The notes under the pieces were generated by a model, which did no database searches, was not told the origin of the DNA, and saw only the letters and a list, made by a program, of their open reading frames with translations. 64,000 nt of DNA, from NCBI GenBank assembly GCA_016839705.1, contig JAEOTR010000030.1, positions 1 through 64,000 of the forward strand. The letters are read 5' to 3'. This document shows, piece by piece, positions 20,452-30,135 of this stretch (the first letter of the stretch is position 1; every line of letters starts with the position of its first letter). The DNA is from Promethearchaeota archaeon. GTDB lineage: Archaea > Asgardarchaeota > Lokiarchaeia > Sigyniarchaeales > SOKP01. The position numbers and the translations under genes are program-made.

Positions 20452-21531
20452 ATGACACTAGAAAATAATACTCAAAATATAAGTCACCTCTTTAATGAAA
20501 AATTCCGAAAATATGAAGAAAAGCTTGTAGCATTTCTATTGGATATTTCACAAATAAAAAGAGTTAATCCAAAAATTTCTATAATTTCTTCTTATCTATT
20601 AATTCATGAAAAATTGACTCAAAAAGAATTAAAAGAATTAACAGGTTTCTCAATGGGTTCTATTTCTACATTATTATCCGTTATGACGGGTACAGAAGCC
20701 TTTAAAAAAGAACGAATAATTCATACTCATACATATACATATTCCTTTTCAGGAAATCTTGAGGACCTTACCACGAAGGGATATGAAATCGCATTAAGTA
20801 GTTTTAGTTCCTTTGAAAGGTTTTTAAAAAACAAAAAGAAAGAATTAAATATATTAATTGAACAATCGAAAGAAGGAGCAGAACATCTTTCACAAAGAAT
20901 CGAGGAGTTGCTTGAATCCTTTGAAATATATGAAAATTTATTTCCTATGTTAACACGAAGTCCCAACAACGGAACAACTAAAGAATATTCTTTGGAGGGA
21001 CTCATTCTTATAAAAACAAAGAAGCAAGAAGCCAAGAAAATAAAATTCGACCCTGAAATATATATGATTGAGGATGATATGATAAATCAACTTGCGGCTT
21101 CACCTATGTTTGCAAGTCGAGATCCAATGTTTATTAGGATCCTCGGTTACTTTATGACACGAAAATATCTTACTCAAAATAGATTAAAAAGAATAACTGG
21201 TTTATCTACCGGGAAAATTTCTGAAGAAATAAACATGCTTTTAAAAAATGGATTAATTGAAAAAGTGAATGTTTCAGATAAGGGTAAAATCACTTATGGG
21301 GCTGAATCTGCCGGGAAGATGTTATTAAAATTCTCAAGATCGGTTTTATATCGAATGGCAAACTGGGATGATGAACTACAGAATATGAGATCTGAACTGG
21401 AAGATAATAGAATTAAATTGGAAAGTCTGAACGGATATTCTCGGATATATCAAATTAATAAATATCTACTTGATACCATTTCTAATTATAAAAGACTCAT
21501 GGATATGCTGGATATAATTCTTAAGAGCTAA
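20452..21531 (+). CDS. Tandem GbsR/MarR-type winged-helix transcriptional regulator
   Basis: Two repeats: LTQKELKELTGFSMGSIS and LTQNRLKRITGLSTGKIS. Confidence 0.75.
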   Translation: MTLENNTQNISHLFNEKFRKYEEKLVAFLLDISQIKRVNPKISIISSYLLIHEKLTQKELKELTGFSMGSISTLLSVMTGTEAFKKERIIHTHTYTYSFSGNLEDLTTKGYEIALSSFSSFERFLKNKKKELNILIEQSKEGAEHLSQRIEELLESFEIYENLFPMLTRSPNNGTTKEYSLEGLILIKTKKQEAKKIKFDPEIYMIEDDMINQLAASPMFASRDPMFIRILGYFMTRKYLTQNRLKRITGLSTGKISEEINMLLKNGLIEKVNVSDKGKITYGAESAGKMLLKFSRSVLYRMANWDDELQNMRSELEDNRIKLESLNGYSRIYQINKYLLDTISNYKRLMDMLDIILKS

Positions 21532-21598
21532 GAATAAGATAATATATAAAGGTTATATATTGATTACGTTCTATTTAATACTATATATCGGAATCTAA

Positions 21599-22270
21599 GT
21601 GATAAACATGAATTTAACTAAGTTTGATAATTGGCTATCACCAAAAGCAACGAAAAGATTGATCTATCTTGGTTTCATCGTCCTAATAGTCAACTATCCA
21701 ATAATTATTATCCTGACTTTGATATCACATTATCCCGCGACCTTCATGGAAAGTCAACTCTCCTTTAGCGGAGCAGTAATAAAATCTCATTTTCTTGAAA
21801 TGAGTGTGGAGCAGATATTTTATTATATGTTTTACCAAATATCGGATGATGTTTATGATTTCTGTCATATATGTATTTTTTTTGGTTTAACACTATTTTT
21901 AGCTCGAAAATTTGGTGAAGATTCTAGATGGAGAAGAGTAGGATATTGGATGGCCTTAGTTGGAATAATTGGTACCATTAGCGACCTTACGGAAAATAGC
22001 TTAATAATCATGATGACCACTGATCCCCTAGGATTTCCTGATGTTTGGGCTGTCGTTCATAGCTGGCTAGCAGTGGTTAAATATCTCACGTGGGCGATAC
22101 AAACTGTGTGGATTATTGGGGTTGATATTAAGCTTTTTAAAAATAGGGAATTCACAATAAAACCCTTCTTAGCGACAATTGGTGTGGTCTTAGCACAACA
22201 CTGGACGTCTATAATATTTGGATTGTTCTTCCTCTTTAATGTTGACGTGGTTGCGTTGGTGTATGGTTAG
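21599..22270 (+). CDS. Integral membrane protein
   Basis: About 5 hydrophobic segments; DLTEN motif. Confidence 0.75.
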   Translation: MINMNLTKFDNWLSPKATKRLIYLGFIVLIVNYPIIIILTLISHYPATFMESQLSFSGAVIKSHFLEMSVEQIFYYMFYQISDDVYDFCHICIFFGLTLFLARKFGEDSRWRRVGYWMALVGIIGTISDLTENSLIIMMTTDPLGFPDVWAVVHSWLAVVKYLTWAIQTVWIIGVDIKLFKNREFTIKPFLATIGVVLAQHWTSIIFGLFFLFNVDVVALVYG

Positions 22271-22367
22271 TTTAGATCTCTAAATAAAATTAAATATTGA
22301 TTATAAAAGATTAATCAAACTTCAAAAAGGTTAAAAAAAATTATTAATTTATTTGTAAAGTTTTTAG

Positions 22368-22874
22368 CTAATTTTTTCCATAGAAAACACCTAATATTAT
22401 AAAAATTGCACCAATAAACTGTCCAATGACTCCAAAATGTGGAATATACCCTCCTCCAACAATACTCCAGTGTGCAAAGCCATAGAGTCTATAAAAAGTC
22501 TCCATCATAATAATCCAAGCTAATGTAGATAAAATTATTGCTGAAACTAAGATTAACCAACTCCTTTTATGTTCTCTGGGATCTTTGTCTCGTTTTCGAT
22601 AAAAAACTGATGCTGTAATTGATATTAAACTACTAGAGAAGAGTATTACTGAAAATACAATTGAAAATGTAAGTAGCATTAGATCAGTTCTCAAAAGGCC
22701 TATAATAAATGGTCCAGGATCAATTTCTAAATATGTTTGCCACATCCATACAAAATAAGTACTACCTGGTTCAGTATGAAACTCTGTTGGGGTTAACGTT
22801 GCAATTAATGTCAATAATCCCCCAATAAACAGAAAAACTGTAGCATTTCTTTTAATAAAATTCAATAAAAACAC
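22368..22874 (-). CDS. Four-TM membrane protein
   Basis: Four hydrophobic helices; likely TTG start near 22865 after SD AGGTG. Confidence 0.75.
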   Translation of the reverse strand: MFLLNFIKRNATVFLFIGGLLTLIATLTPTEFHTEPGSTYFVWMWQTYLEIDPGPFIIGLLRTDLMLLTFSIVFSVILFSSSLISITASVFYRKRDKDPREHKRSWLILVSAIILSTLAWIIMMETFYRLYGFAHWSIVGGGYIPHFGVIGQFIGAIFIILGVFYGKN

Positions 22875-23044
22875 CTATAATCGTTTAACCATCTTAAATA
22901 TATAAATATTATATCCTTCAATTCGATTAGTTATAATAATGAAATAATTAAAAAAAGAAAAGGGAAAAGAACTATTTACAGGATATATGAATTTGATTCA
23001 AAACCTTATAAATGGTTCCACACCCTAATTTAAAGTTAAGATTA

Positions 23045-23785
23045 TCACCTAAATATTAACCTAACATTTTTATTCCTCTGTCCATGGTAACTGAATAATG
23101 TATTGACACCCATAATTTCCAAGGCTGTATTGAGAGTGATCTTTCCATGTAAAGCGCCATTTGGAGGTACAGTTGCTAATCTTGTAGCAATCTCATTAAC
23201 TTTTTCCTCAAGCTCTTCTCTGGGTACGCTTAAACTTACCAATCCTATTCGTTCTGCTTCTTTTCCATCAATCGTTAACCCTGTCATCAAAAGATATCGG
23301 GCTTTTTTAACCCCCAGATACACCTGCCATAACGGCATACTTGTCGAGAAACCTCCTCTTGTAGCTGGATGGCCTAGATTTGCATCATCTGCTGCTATAG
23401 AAATATCACACAAAAGCTGTAAGTAACATCCCGCTGCGAGACAATGTCCATGGATTTGGGCGAGAGTTGGTTTCGGAAAGTTCCAAAGGCGCAGATACTT
23501 AGCATATATCTTCTTTTCCAAGATGTTATATAGGTTTCTGACATTCCATCCTCCCTCGGGTGGTGTTGTATAATATGAACCTCCTAAATCATATCCCGAA
23601 CAGAAACTCTTTCCATTTCCCCTTAGAACAATCGCATTTACCGATTTATCCGCTTCCGCATGATCAAAAACGGCATCTAAATCATCAAGCATCTGATAAT
23701 CCATCGCATTATGCTTCTCGGGCCTATTTAAGGTGATATACCCAATTTTATTTCTTGCTTCATAAAGAATGGTCTTAAAACTCAA
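23045..23785 (-). CDS. Enoyl-CoA hydratase/isomerase (crotonase) family protein
   Basis: ITLNRPEKHNA, FCSGYDL, PKPTLAQIHGHCLAAG, EAERIGLV. Confidence 0.92.
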   Translation of the reverse strand: MSFKTILYEARNKIGYITLNRPEKHNAMDYQMLDDLDAVFDHAEADKSVNAIVLRGNGKSFCSGYDLGGSYYTTPPEGGWNVRNLYNILEKKIYAKYLRLWNFPKPTLAQIHGHCLAAGCYLQLLCDISIAADDANLGHPATRGGFSTSMPLWQVYLGVKKARYLLMTGLTIDGKEAERIGLVSLSVPREELEEKVNEIATRLATVPPNGALHGKITLNTALEIMGVNTLFSYHGQRNKNVRLIFR

Positions 23786-23916
23786 TTTTAAATCACCAAT
23801 ACTTATTTTGCTTTTCTCAGTAAAATAAGTTGGGTTTACTTGCGGAAATATAACTTATTTTATTAATAATAAACTTGTATTTATACAAAAGAAGATTTCT
23901 AATATGAGGATTTAAT

Positions 23917-24366
23917 ATGCCAGAAAAAGCATTCCAGGATTTATGGCCAGAGCTATTTACTCAATGTTTTAGATGTGGGAGAAATAATGAACACAGTTTA
24001 CAAATAAAAAGCTTTTGGGATGGAGATGACACTATTTGCACATGGAAACCAAAAAAAATTTATGAAGCAGGTATGGGAATTTTATGTGTCGGAATTCTTT
24101 CTACAGTAATTGATTGTCACTGTGTAAATACTGCAATCGCAGCTCGATATAAAGCAGAGGGACGTGAACTTGGATCAATACTATTTATTCCATATGTAGG
24201 TGGTACTATAAATGTGAAGCACATAAAAACCATATTTATTAAAGATCCCATTGTTTTACGAGCTAAAATCAAAGAAATGAAGGATCGTAAAACAATTATT
24301 TCATGCTCAGTATTCTCAGGTAAAAATGAATGCGCAAAGGCAGAAGTCATCGCGATAAAAGCATGA
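23917..24366 (+). CDS. PaaI/hot-dog fold thioesterase
   Basis: CFRCGRNNEHSLQIKS, GILSTVIDCH. Confidence 0.82.
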   Translation: MPEKAFQDLWPELFTQCFRCGRNNEHSLQIKSFWDGDDTICTWKPKKIYEAGMGILCVGILSTVIDCHCVNTAIAARYKAEGRELGSILFIPYVGGTINVKHIKTIFIKDPIVLRAKIKEMKDRKTIISCSVFSGKNECAKAEVIAIKA

Positions 24367-24416
24367 AACTTAATATGAGCAACAATATTTCAAATTAAGA
24401 TAAGATTGAAAAAAAT

Positions 24417-24758
24417 TTATAATATTCCTTTTATTTTTGTGGCTAATTCCTGAGCATCCTCGTCTGACTCCTCGAAAATTTTAAACATCTCTTCGGGGTT
24501 GACGATCAAGGCTGCATCAATGAGCTTTTGTAGACCAATCACGGTCTCAATACGCTCGTTCTTTTGTAGGTGGAAAATAACGTTTCCTAACTGATTTTTG
24601 AGTTTCCCCTTTTCTGAGTCTAGTGCTAATCGTAAAAGAGCTGGACACACTTCTTCCAGGGTCTCTTTACTGACCGATCGAGCACACTCGTAAATTTGGG
24701 TTCTCTGGGTATCGTTTATCCCTTCTACCTTTTCCTCTATTTTTTGGATGGGTTCCAT
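24417..24758 (-). CDS. Hypothetical helical protein
   Basis: ORF with coding-like composition; upstream TATA-like TTTATATA on minus strand near 24844-24851. Confidence 0.75.
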   Translation of the reverse strand: MEPIQKIEEKVEGINDTQRTQIYECARSVSKETLEEVCPALLRLALDSEKGKLKNQLGNVIFHLQKNERIETVIGLQKLIDAALIVNPEEMFKIFEESDEDAQELATKIKGIL

Positions 24759-25352
24759 TTTTTCTCACTTTTTATGAATTTTTTTGATTTTTTTTGGGTG
24801 GGTTTTTTAATTCTTTTTCCTAATTCTATTAATCCAATGGTCATATATAAATGTTTTCGGGCAAGAAAAAGCTTGAAAAGTGCGAAATCAGTCAAAACAA
24901 GTTTTTTGACATTTTTTCCTTGATCAAAATGACGAAAAAGAGATAATTCCTAACTAAGTGATTTTTTCTCAAATATCAATGATTTACTTATTTTTTATCT
25001 AACTTAAAGTGAGAATTTAGGAATGGATAGTACCGAAAAATGCGGGAATGAGTGGGGTAAGTAACATTTCCGGAATAATAGTAACAAAAAGTGATCAAAA
25101 AAAGAAATCATAATGGATTTCATTCACGAATCAGAAAATTTTAATCAATTTCAGTCATGAAATACCTATAATTTTTCGAATTCGTAATTTTCATTTATGA
25201 TCTAATTAATTATTATAATCAAAAACTTTTACCGAATTGTGCTTTCCGATGATCGTATTACCGCAACATAATGATCCAAAAGCACCATATTTATATACTA
25301 ATTTTTATTATCATTACTTGAAAAGAAAATAAAAAAATATGAGAAATTAAAA

Positions 25353-25619
25353 ATGCCTCAAGATAATAATGAAACATTGGATGGAGTAATGGATAATTAT
25401 AAAGCCATTCGAGAGTGCTTAACTGGCTTATGTGATATTCTTAACATAAACTTTAACGAAAACGATATTTTCCGTCAAGCAGGTATGGATAATTTAAAAG
25501 CTCTCCATACAAACGTTTTGACAATCTTAAAGAAGACTCACACTCCTCGTGAAGTCAGAATACGCTTACGGGAAATAGAATTTGACGAAAAGGAAGCCGA
25601 ACAGGTTTTTCCACTTTAA
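25353..25619 (+). CDS. Hypothetical protein
   Basis: TATA TTTATATA at 25290; coding-like composition. Confidence 0.75.
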   Translation: MPQDNNETLDGVMDNYKAIRECLTGLCDILNINFNENDIFRQAGMDNLKALHTNVLTILKKTHTPREVRIRLREIEFDEKEAEQVFPL

Positions 25620-25772
25620 AATTTTTTGAAAATTAATTCTATTTTTATAATTTCTTATAATTTTTTAGCTTTTTTTTATGGATCTGATTTTGAATTTACT
25701 ATTCAATTTGATTTTTGATTATTTCTATTTTGCTACATTCGGTTACATTTTTTGATCTATCCCTATAAAAAA

Positions 25773-25845
25773 GGCTTTTAAACAGCTTTTAAGCACTTTT
25801 TAACACCTTTTATGCACCTTTTTAGCAGCTTTTTAGCAGCTTTTT
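25773..25845. repeat. Degenerate tandem repeat, 7 units of 10-11 bp (consensus CA(G/C)CTTTTTAG)
   Basis: GGCTTTTAAA-CAGCTTTTAAG-CACTTTTTAA-CACCTTTTATG-CACCTTTTTAG-CAGCTTTTTAG-CAGCTTTTT. Confidence 0.8.
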
Positions 25846-25939
25846 CTTCAGAACAATAATTACCAAATCTAAATACATTCTTCAAACTTTGTGGATAAAA
25901 TTTTAGTTAAAATCTTCCCTTAATTAGATATATCGTTTT

Positions 25940-26596
25940 CTAATCTATAAAAACAGAATAAAATAGTAAAATTAGAAAAACCTCTAAGTTTTCCCCCAAT
26001 ATAAGATATTGCTTAAAAGAATGTTTATGATAACATATCCAACCGCAAATCCACAAATAGTCCAGATTTATTTCTACAAAAATACAATCACTAAATTCAA
26101 CCGTTGATTTATCATCATAAACATAGGGAATTTGTGTTAAATTCACATACCAAATTAATTCACATGGACGAGGATCTTCACGCGAAAATAACGATTGATT
26201 ATTTTGATCCTTTATACTAAATATATTATAGTTATTATAGGTTAAATATAGTTTAGAATGGTTATCCGCTAAAAGAGAATAGCTCAGATGATGCTCATAG
26301 AGCGACCATCATTTAAATCTGGTATCAGTTTCCACTCTGTTCTTCAGAAAGCCTATTAAATCACTATCAACATAACATGTAATACCTTTATATGGGTTAC
26401 AATCTCCCCTATAATCCAAATATTCTGAATAATTTAGATTCTCTACTTTATGTATGATTTCCTCTCGATTTGGCAAATTTACATCGTAATTGATTATTTA
26501 ATAGATTCTGGGCTTAATTACAATTATATTATACAACAACGGAGATAAAACAATCCCCACAATAAAAATACCGGTTAATATCGATCTTTTCTCCAT
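25940..26596 (-). pseudogene. Pseudogene of a ~218-aa membrane-anchored/secreted protein
   Basis: ATG 26596 (MEKRSILTGIFIVGIVLSPLLYNII) is in frame with ORF 25940-26146, interrupted by TAA 26498-26500 and TGA 26309-26311. Confidence 0.65.
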
Positions 26597-26664
26597 TTTT
26601 CATTGGCTATTTCTAATTTAATTCTAATTTAGTTGCTTTAACGAATTTGATTATTAATCTTTCG

Positions 26665-26694
26665 GCTCATTTAAAACAAGCTCATTTAAAACAA
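26665..26694. repeat. Perfect 15-bp tandem duplication GCTCATTTAAAACAA x2
   Basis: Read directly from the sequence. Confidence 0.85.
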
Positions 26695-26883
26695 TAGTAA
26701 TACCTACTCAAAAAGTTTTAGCTCCATAACCTAACGTTAAAAAAAACGATGTACTGAATCTCTATAAATACCCAAATGAAAGCTATTACTGTGCAAAAAA
26801 AGAAAGATTGTTAGCGACTATTTATTCTGTTAATTTCAACCGCAAGATTATGTGATAGTCGAAATGAGTTTAATTCTTAATAA

Positions 26884-28716
26884 TCATATTCTTAATAATC
26901 CATTTGTTAATTTATGCTGATATTCTTTATTGAAAACAACATATTTTTGTAATGAGGAATTCCAAAAATAAATGGGATCTTTAAATTTATCGGTATTATA
27001 ACTTTCTTTCTGTAATTTGTATTTTATTACCTTATGTGTTCCGGTTAGTTCAAGATCTTCATTAATGCGGAGAAACAACGGAATTGCATAGGAGGGTAAA
27101 TTTTCAAACACATATTTTGAAAAATTTTCGATTCCAAAATTATTTTCATTCAATACAACAGCTGTCATTCCCGCCTTACCTTCGGTATTTGGAATAGCGA
27201 CACCATAAACGGAGCATATTTTAATTGCTGGAAATCCACTAATAATTGATTCTACTTCCGTGGTTGATATATTCTCTCCCTTCCATCTGAAAGTATCACC
27301 CATCCTGTCGGCAAAAGAAACCCAGTTGTTCTCGTGGAGGGTAACGAGGTCTCCTGTGTTGAAATATGCATCACCTTTTTCGAAAACATTTCGTAGAACT
27401 TTTTTATTTGTATTTTCAGGATTTTTATAGATTTTTATTTCTTGGGAATCTGAAGTTTCAATTTTACCGATAACCATACCGGTTTCTCCGGGAACACATT
27501 CTATACAGAAGTCTTCATCATTTTTGATAAATTCTTCAGAAATTTCATCGTATTTCACGATTTTTACTTTTTTATCAATAACACGTCCTACCTTTCCTGG
27601 ATGCTCATCTGCATTAAAAAAACCTCCTCTAGCTTCGGACATGCCATAAAGCTCCCAAATATGCTCAATCTTAAATCGAGCCTTGAATTTCTCCCAATTT
27701 TCCTTTCTAAGACCCAAGCCTAACATTTTTTTAAGGGTTTTATTTTCCACATATTCTGATTCAGGGCGGTTTAATAGATATCTTGGTATTTCACCGATAT
27801 AGACGGTACCGGTCGCTTTATATTTTTTAATATCTTTCCAAAATTCTGACGCAGAAAATTTTTTTCTTAAAGCCATGGTTGATTGAGAAACCATAGCCCC
27901 CGCCCAAATTGAAATCGATAATCCGTGGTATAATGGTAGTGTATTGTACAATATGTCTTCCGGGTTCATTTGAAAAGCTGCAGAATAAAACGTACTTCCT
28001 CCGATATTTATGGCATATATCGCCTTAGGTAAGCCTGTTGTTCCGGAAGTATATATATAATAACCTATTTCGCTTGGTCTAGAATTATAGGTGGTTTCAG
28101 GATTATTTTCACTAACATTTTTTTTTTTAGTTCGGAGATCTACAAAATCATGATAATATTGATCGGGATTATTAACGACGAACACATCGGTCTTATTTAA
28201 AGATAATTCATCAAAGATTTCACTAAAAGCAATAAGATTTTCCCCGTCAACAATTATTTTTTTAGCATCTACAATTTTTATCGCATGTACCAGAGCTTGT
28301 TTTCTTTGGTTATTATTTACTAAAGCTGAAATCCCTTGAATTTTACTGATTCCCAACGTACAAAATAAATATTCAGGAGAATTCTCTAGAATTATTCCAA
28401 CTGTATCTTGAGGTTCTAATCTAATATTGAGTAAATAATTAGTGATTTTATTACTCTCTTTATTAACCTCTTCCCAGGTCCACGATCTATTCTCAAATAG
28501 TAAAGCTATCTTATCGGGAACCTCTTCTACTAATTTTTCTAAACATATGCCCATGCTATATATTTTTCTTTTAAATACCGTTTCCTTTAATTTTGCCGAA
28601 ACTCTATCAAGGTGTTTTTTTTCGTTTTCAGTTAGTTCAATCTCCATTATCAACAATTCTTTCTTTTTAGGGATGAATATTCTTTGTTTTAAATATTTTA
28701 AATATATTTGGCTCAA
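26884..28716 (-). CDS. FATP/FadD6-like long-chain acyl-CoA synthetase
   Basis: YIYTSGTTGLPKA, YIGEIPRYLL, YFNTGDL, DRMGDTFRWKGEN; true start likely at MEIELT. Confidence 0.92.
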   Translation of the reverse strand: MSQIYLKYLKQRIFIPKKKELLIMEIELTENEKKHLDRVSAKLKETVFKRKIYSMGICLEKLVEEVPDKIALLFENRSWTWEEVNKESNKITNYLLNIRLEPQDTVGIILENSPEYLFCTLGISKIQGISALVNNNQRKQALVHAIKIVDAKKIIVDGENLIAFSEIFDELSLNKTDVFVVNNPDQYYHDFVDLRTKKKNVSENNPETTYNSRPSEIGYYIYTSGTTGLPKAIYAINIGGSTFYSAAFQMNPEDILYNTLPLYHGLSISIWAGAMVSQSTMALRKKFSASEFWKDIKKYKATGTVYIGEIPRYLLNRPESEYVENKTLKKMLGLGLRKENWEKFKARFKIEHIWELYGMSEARGGFFNADEHPGKVGRVIDKKVKIVKYDEISEEFIKNDEDFCIECVPGETGMVIGKIETSDSQEIKIYKNPENTNKKVLRNVFEKGDAYFNTGDLVTLHENNWVSFADRMGDTFRWKGENISTTEVESIISGFPAIKICSVYGVAIPNTEGKAGMTAVVLNENNFGIENFSKYVFENLPSYAIPLFLRINEDLELTGTHKVIKYKLQKESYNTDKFKDPIYFWNSSLQKYVVFNKEYQHKLTNGLLRI

Positions 28717-28737
28717 AGAAATTCTATCATTTTTATT

Positions 28738-28781
28738 GAAAGGTAAATTCAGCGTTTGATTTCAATGAAAATTCTTCTGAA
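28738..28781 (+). repeat. Dispersed repeat copy 1 (GAAAGGTAAATTCAGCGT...TGAAAATTC)
   Basis: First 18 bp identical to 36032-36049, with similarity continuing over about 44 bp. Confidence 0.7.
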
Positions 28782-28842
28782 AAAATTGAATGTATTTTAG
28801 AAATGTTGGAGAACCTCTTTAAGTTAAGAAATAGTTTAATTA

Positions 28843-29157
28843 ATGAAAAGATTAAATTATATATCAAAAAAAGGTGGAAAAATAATGAATGAAATTACTT
28901 TAGAGATTGTTAAGATCCTCGAAAGGGGAGAATGCCCTATGGGGCACAAAGTTGGCGATAAATTTAAATATCCTGATGATGTCGCTAAAATTTGCCAGTC
29001 TGCGTATCATTCGATTTATCCGAGTATCACCACATTAAGATTTGATGGTTCTTTTCCTTGGTCCAAAGATAAGGATAGCACAATGCTTTGTTGTCCAGAT
29101 CCGAATAATCCCGTAGTTTTCAAAATAACTCGAACAAAAATTGATTCAGAAGATTAA
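28843..29157 (+). CDS. TIGR04076 family protein
   Basis: GECPMGHKVGD...ICQSA...CCPDPNNPVVFKI; likely ATG at 28885. Confidence 0.8.
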   Translation: MKRLNYISKKGGKIMNEITLEIVKILERGECPMGHKVGDKFKYPDDVAKICQSAYHSIYPSITTLRFDGSFPWSKDKDSTMLCCPDPNNPVVFKITRTKIDSED

Positions 29158-29196
29158 CTCACCTATATTATTCAATAATAAGAGGAGAGTAGAAAA

Positions 29197-29847
29197 TTGG
29201 TTGAGCTTGCAAAAGATGAATTAATCATTACACCAACGATTCATGGAAGTATAATGTTTAAATTCCGTGGTTTGGTCATTCATGTTGATCCTATCAGCCG
29301 GACAGATTATAGTAAGTATCCTCAAGCTGATCTAATTCTCATCACTCATCATCACGGAGACCATTTGGAATTAAATTTGATTAATCAATTAACAAAAACT
29401 ACTACAAAAATAATTGGAACGGAGTTATGTGGAACGCAATTAACAGATTATATTGTAATGAAGAATGGTGATAGAAGAGAAATAGAAGGATTAATAATAG
29501 ACGCCGCTCCTGCATATAATATCGTAAGAGAAAGAAGTCCGGGTGTGAAATTTCATCCAAAAGGTGAGGGAAATGGATATATCATTACGTTTGGTAGTAA
29601 ACGGGTATATATTGCAGGGGATACTGAATGTATTCCTGAAATGAAGGAATTAAGAGATATAGACATTGCTTTTCTTCCCATGAATTTGCCTTATACAATG
29701 ACTCCCACCGAAGTAGCAGAATGTGTAAAGATAATACGACCACGAATTGTATACCCATACCATCAAGGGAAAACTAATCCACAAGAGTTAGTGGATTTAC
29801 TCAAAGATGAAAAAGAAATTGAAGTACGAGTTTTTTCATTACCTTAA
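29197..29847 (+). CDS. MBL-fold metallo-hydrolase (Lactamase_B_3-like)
   Basis: ITHHHGDH, YIAGDT, PYH. Confidence 0.9.
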   Translation: MVELAKDELIITPTIHGSIMFKFRGLVIHVDPISRTDYSKYPQADLILITHHHGDHLELNLINQLTKTTTKIIGTELCGTQLTDYIVMKNGDRREIEGLIIDAAPAYNIVRERSPGVKFHPKGEGNGYIITFGSKRVYIAGDTECIPEMKELRDIDIAFLPMNLPYTMTPTEVAECVKIIRPRIVYPYHQGKTNPQELVDLLKDEKEIEVRVFSLP

Positions 29848-30135
29848 GTTTCTGAAAGTATTTTCTCTGGTTCTTATTAGAATTATTTAAAAATGAGTTT
29901 TATGATCTGATTAAGGATCGATGAGAATTGAACAATGTTATCTATCGCATTATAATCCATTGGAGCATTTCTCCTAACAAAGATTTTGCTCCACAATCTC
30001 TAATTATTGATCTTAATTGAGTCTGGTTTTTTATAAAGTGATGGGTTGATTTTTGAGTTATCTGAAGATTGTATGGAAAGGTAATATTTCGTTATAAAAG
30101 GATTTAAATTTCAATTCCATTATCTTAAATTTGAG

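Noticed and set aside
24696-24923. 75-aa Phe-rich ORF
   Set aside because: Derived from poly-T in the promoter region of the opposite-strand gene
25773-25845. CRISPR array
   Set aside because: Units are 10-11 bp with no spacers and no cas genes nearby
26309-26311. Selenocysteine TGA
   Set aside because: The same frame also has a TAA, there is no redox-motif context, and no SECIS was recognised
29850-30135. Possible degraded minus-strand gene
   Set aside because: Interrupted frames with no recognisable motif
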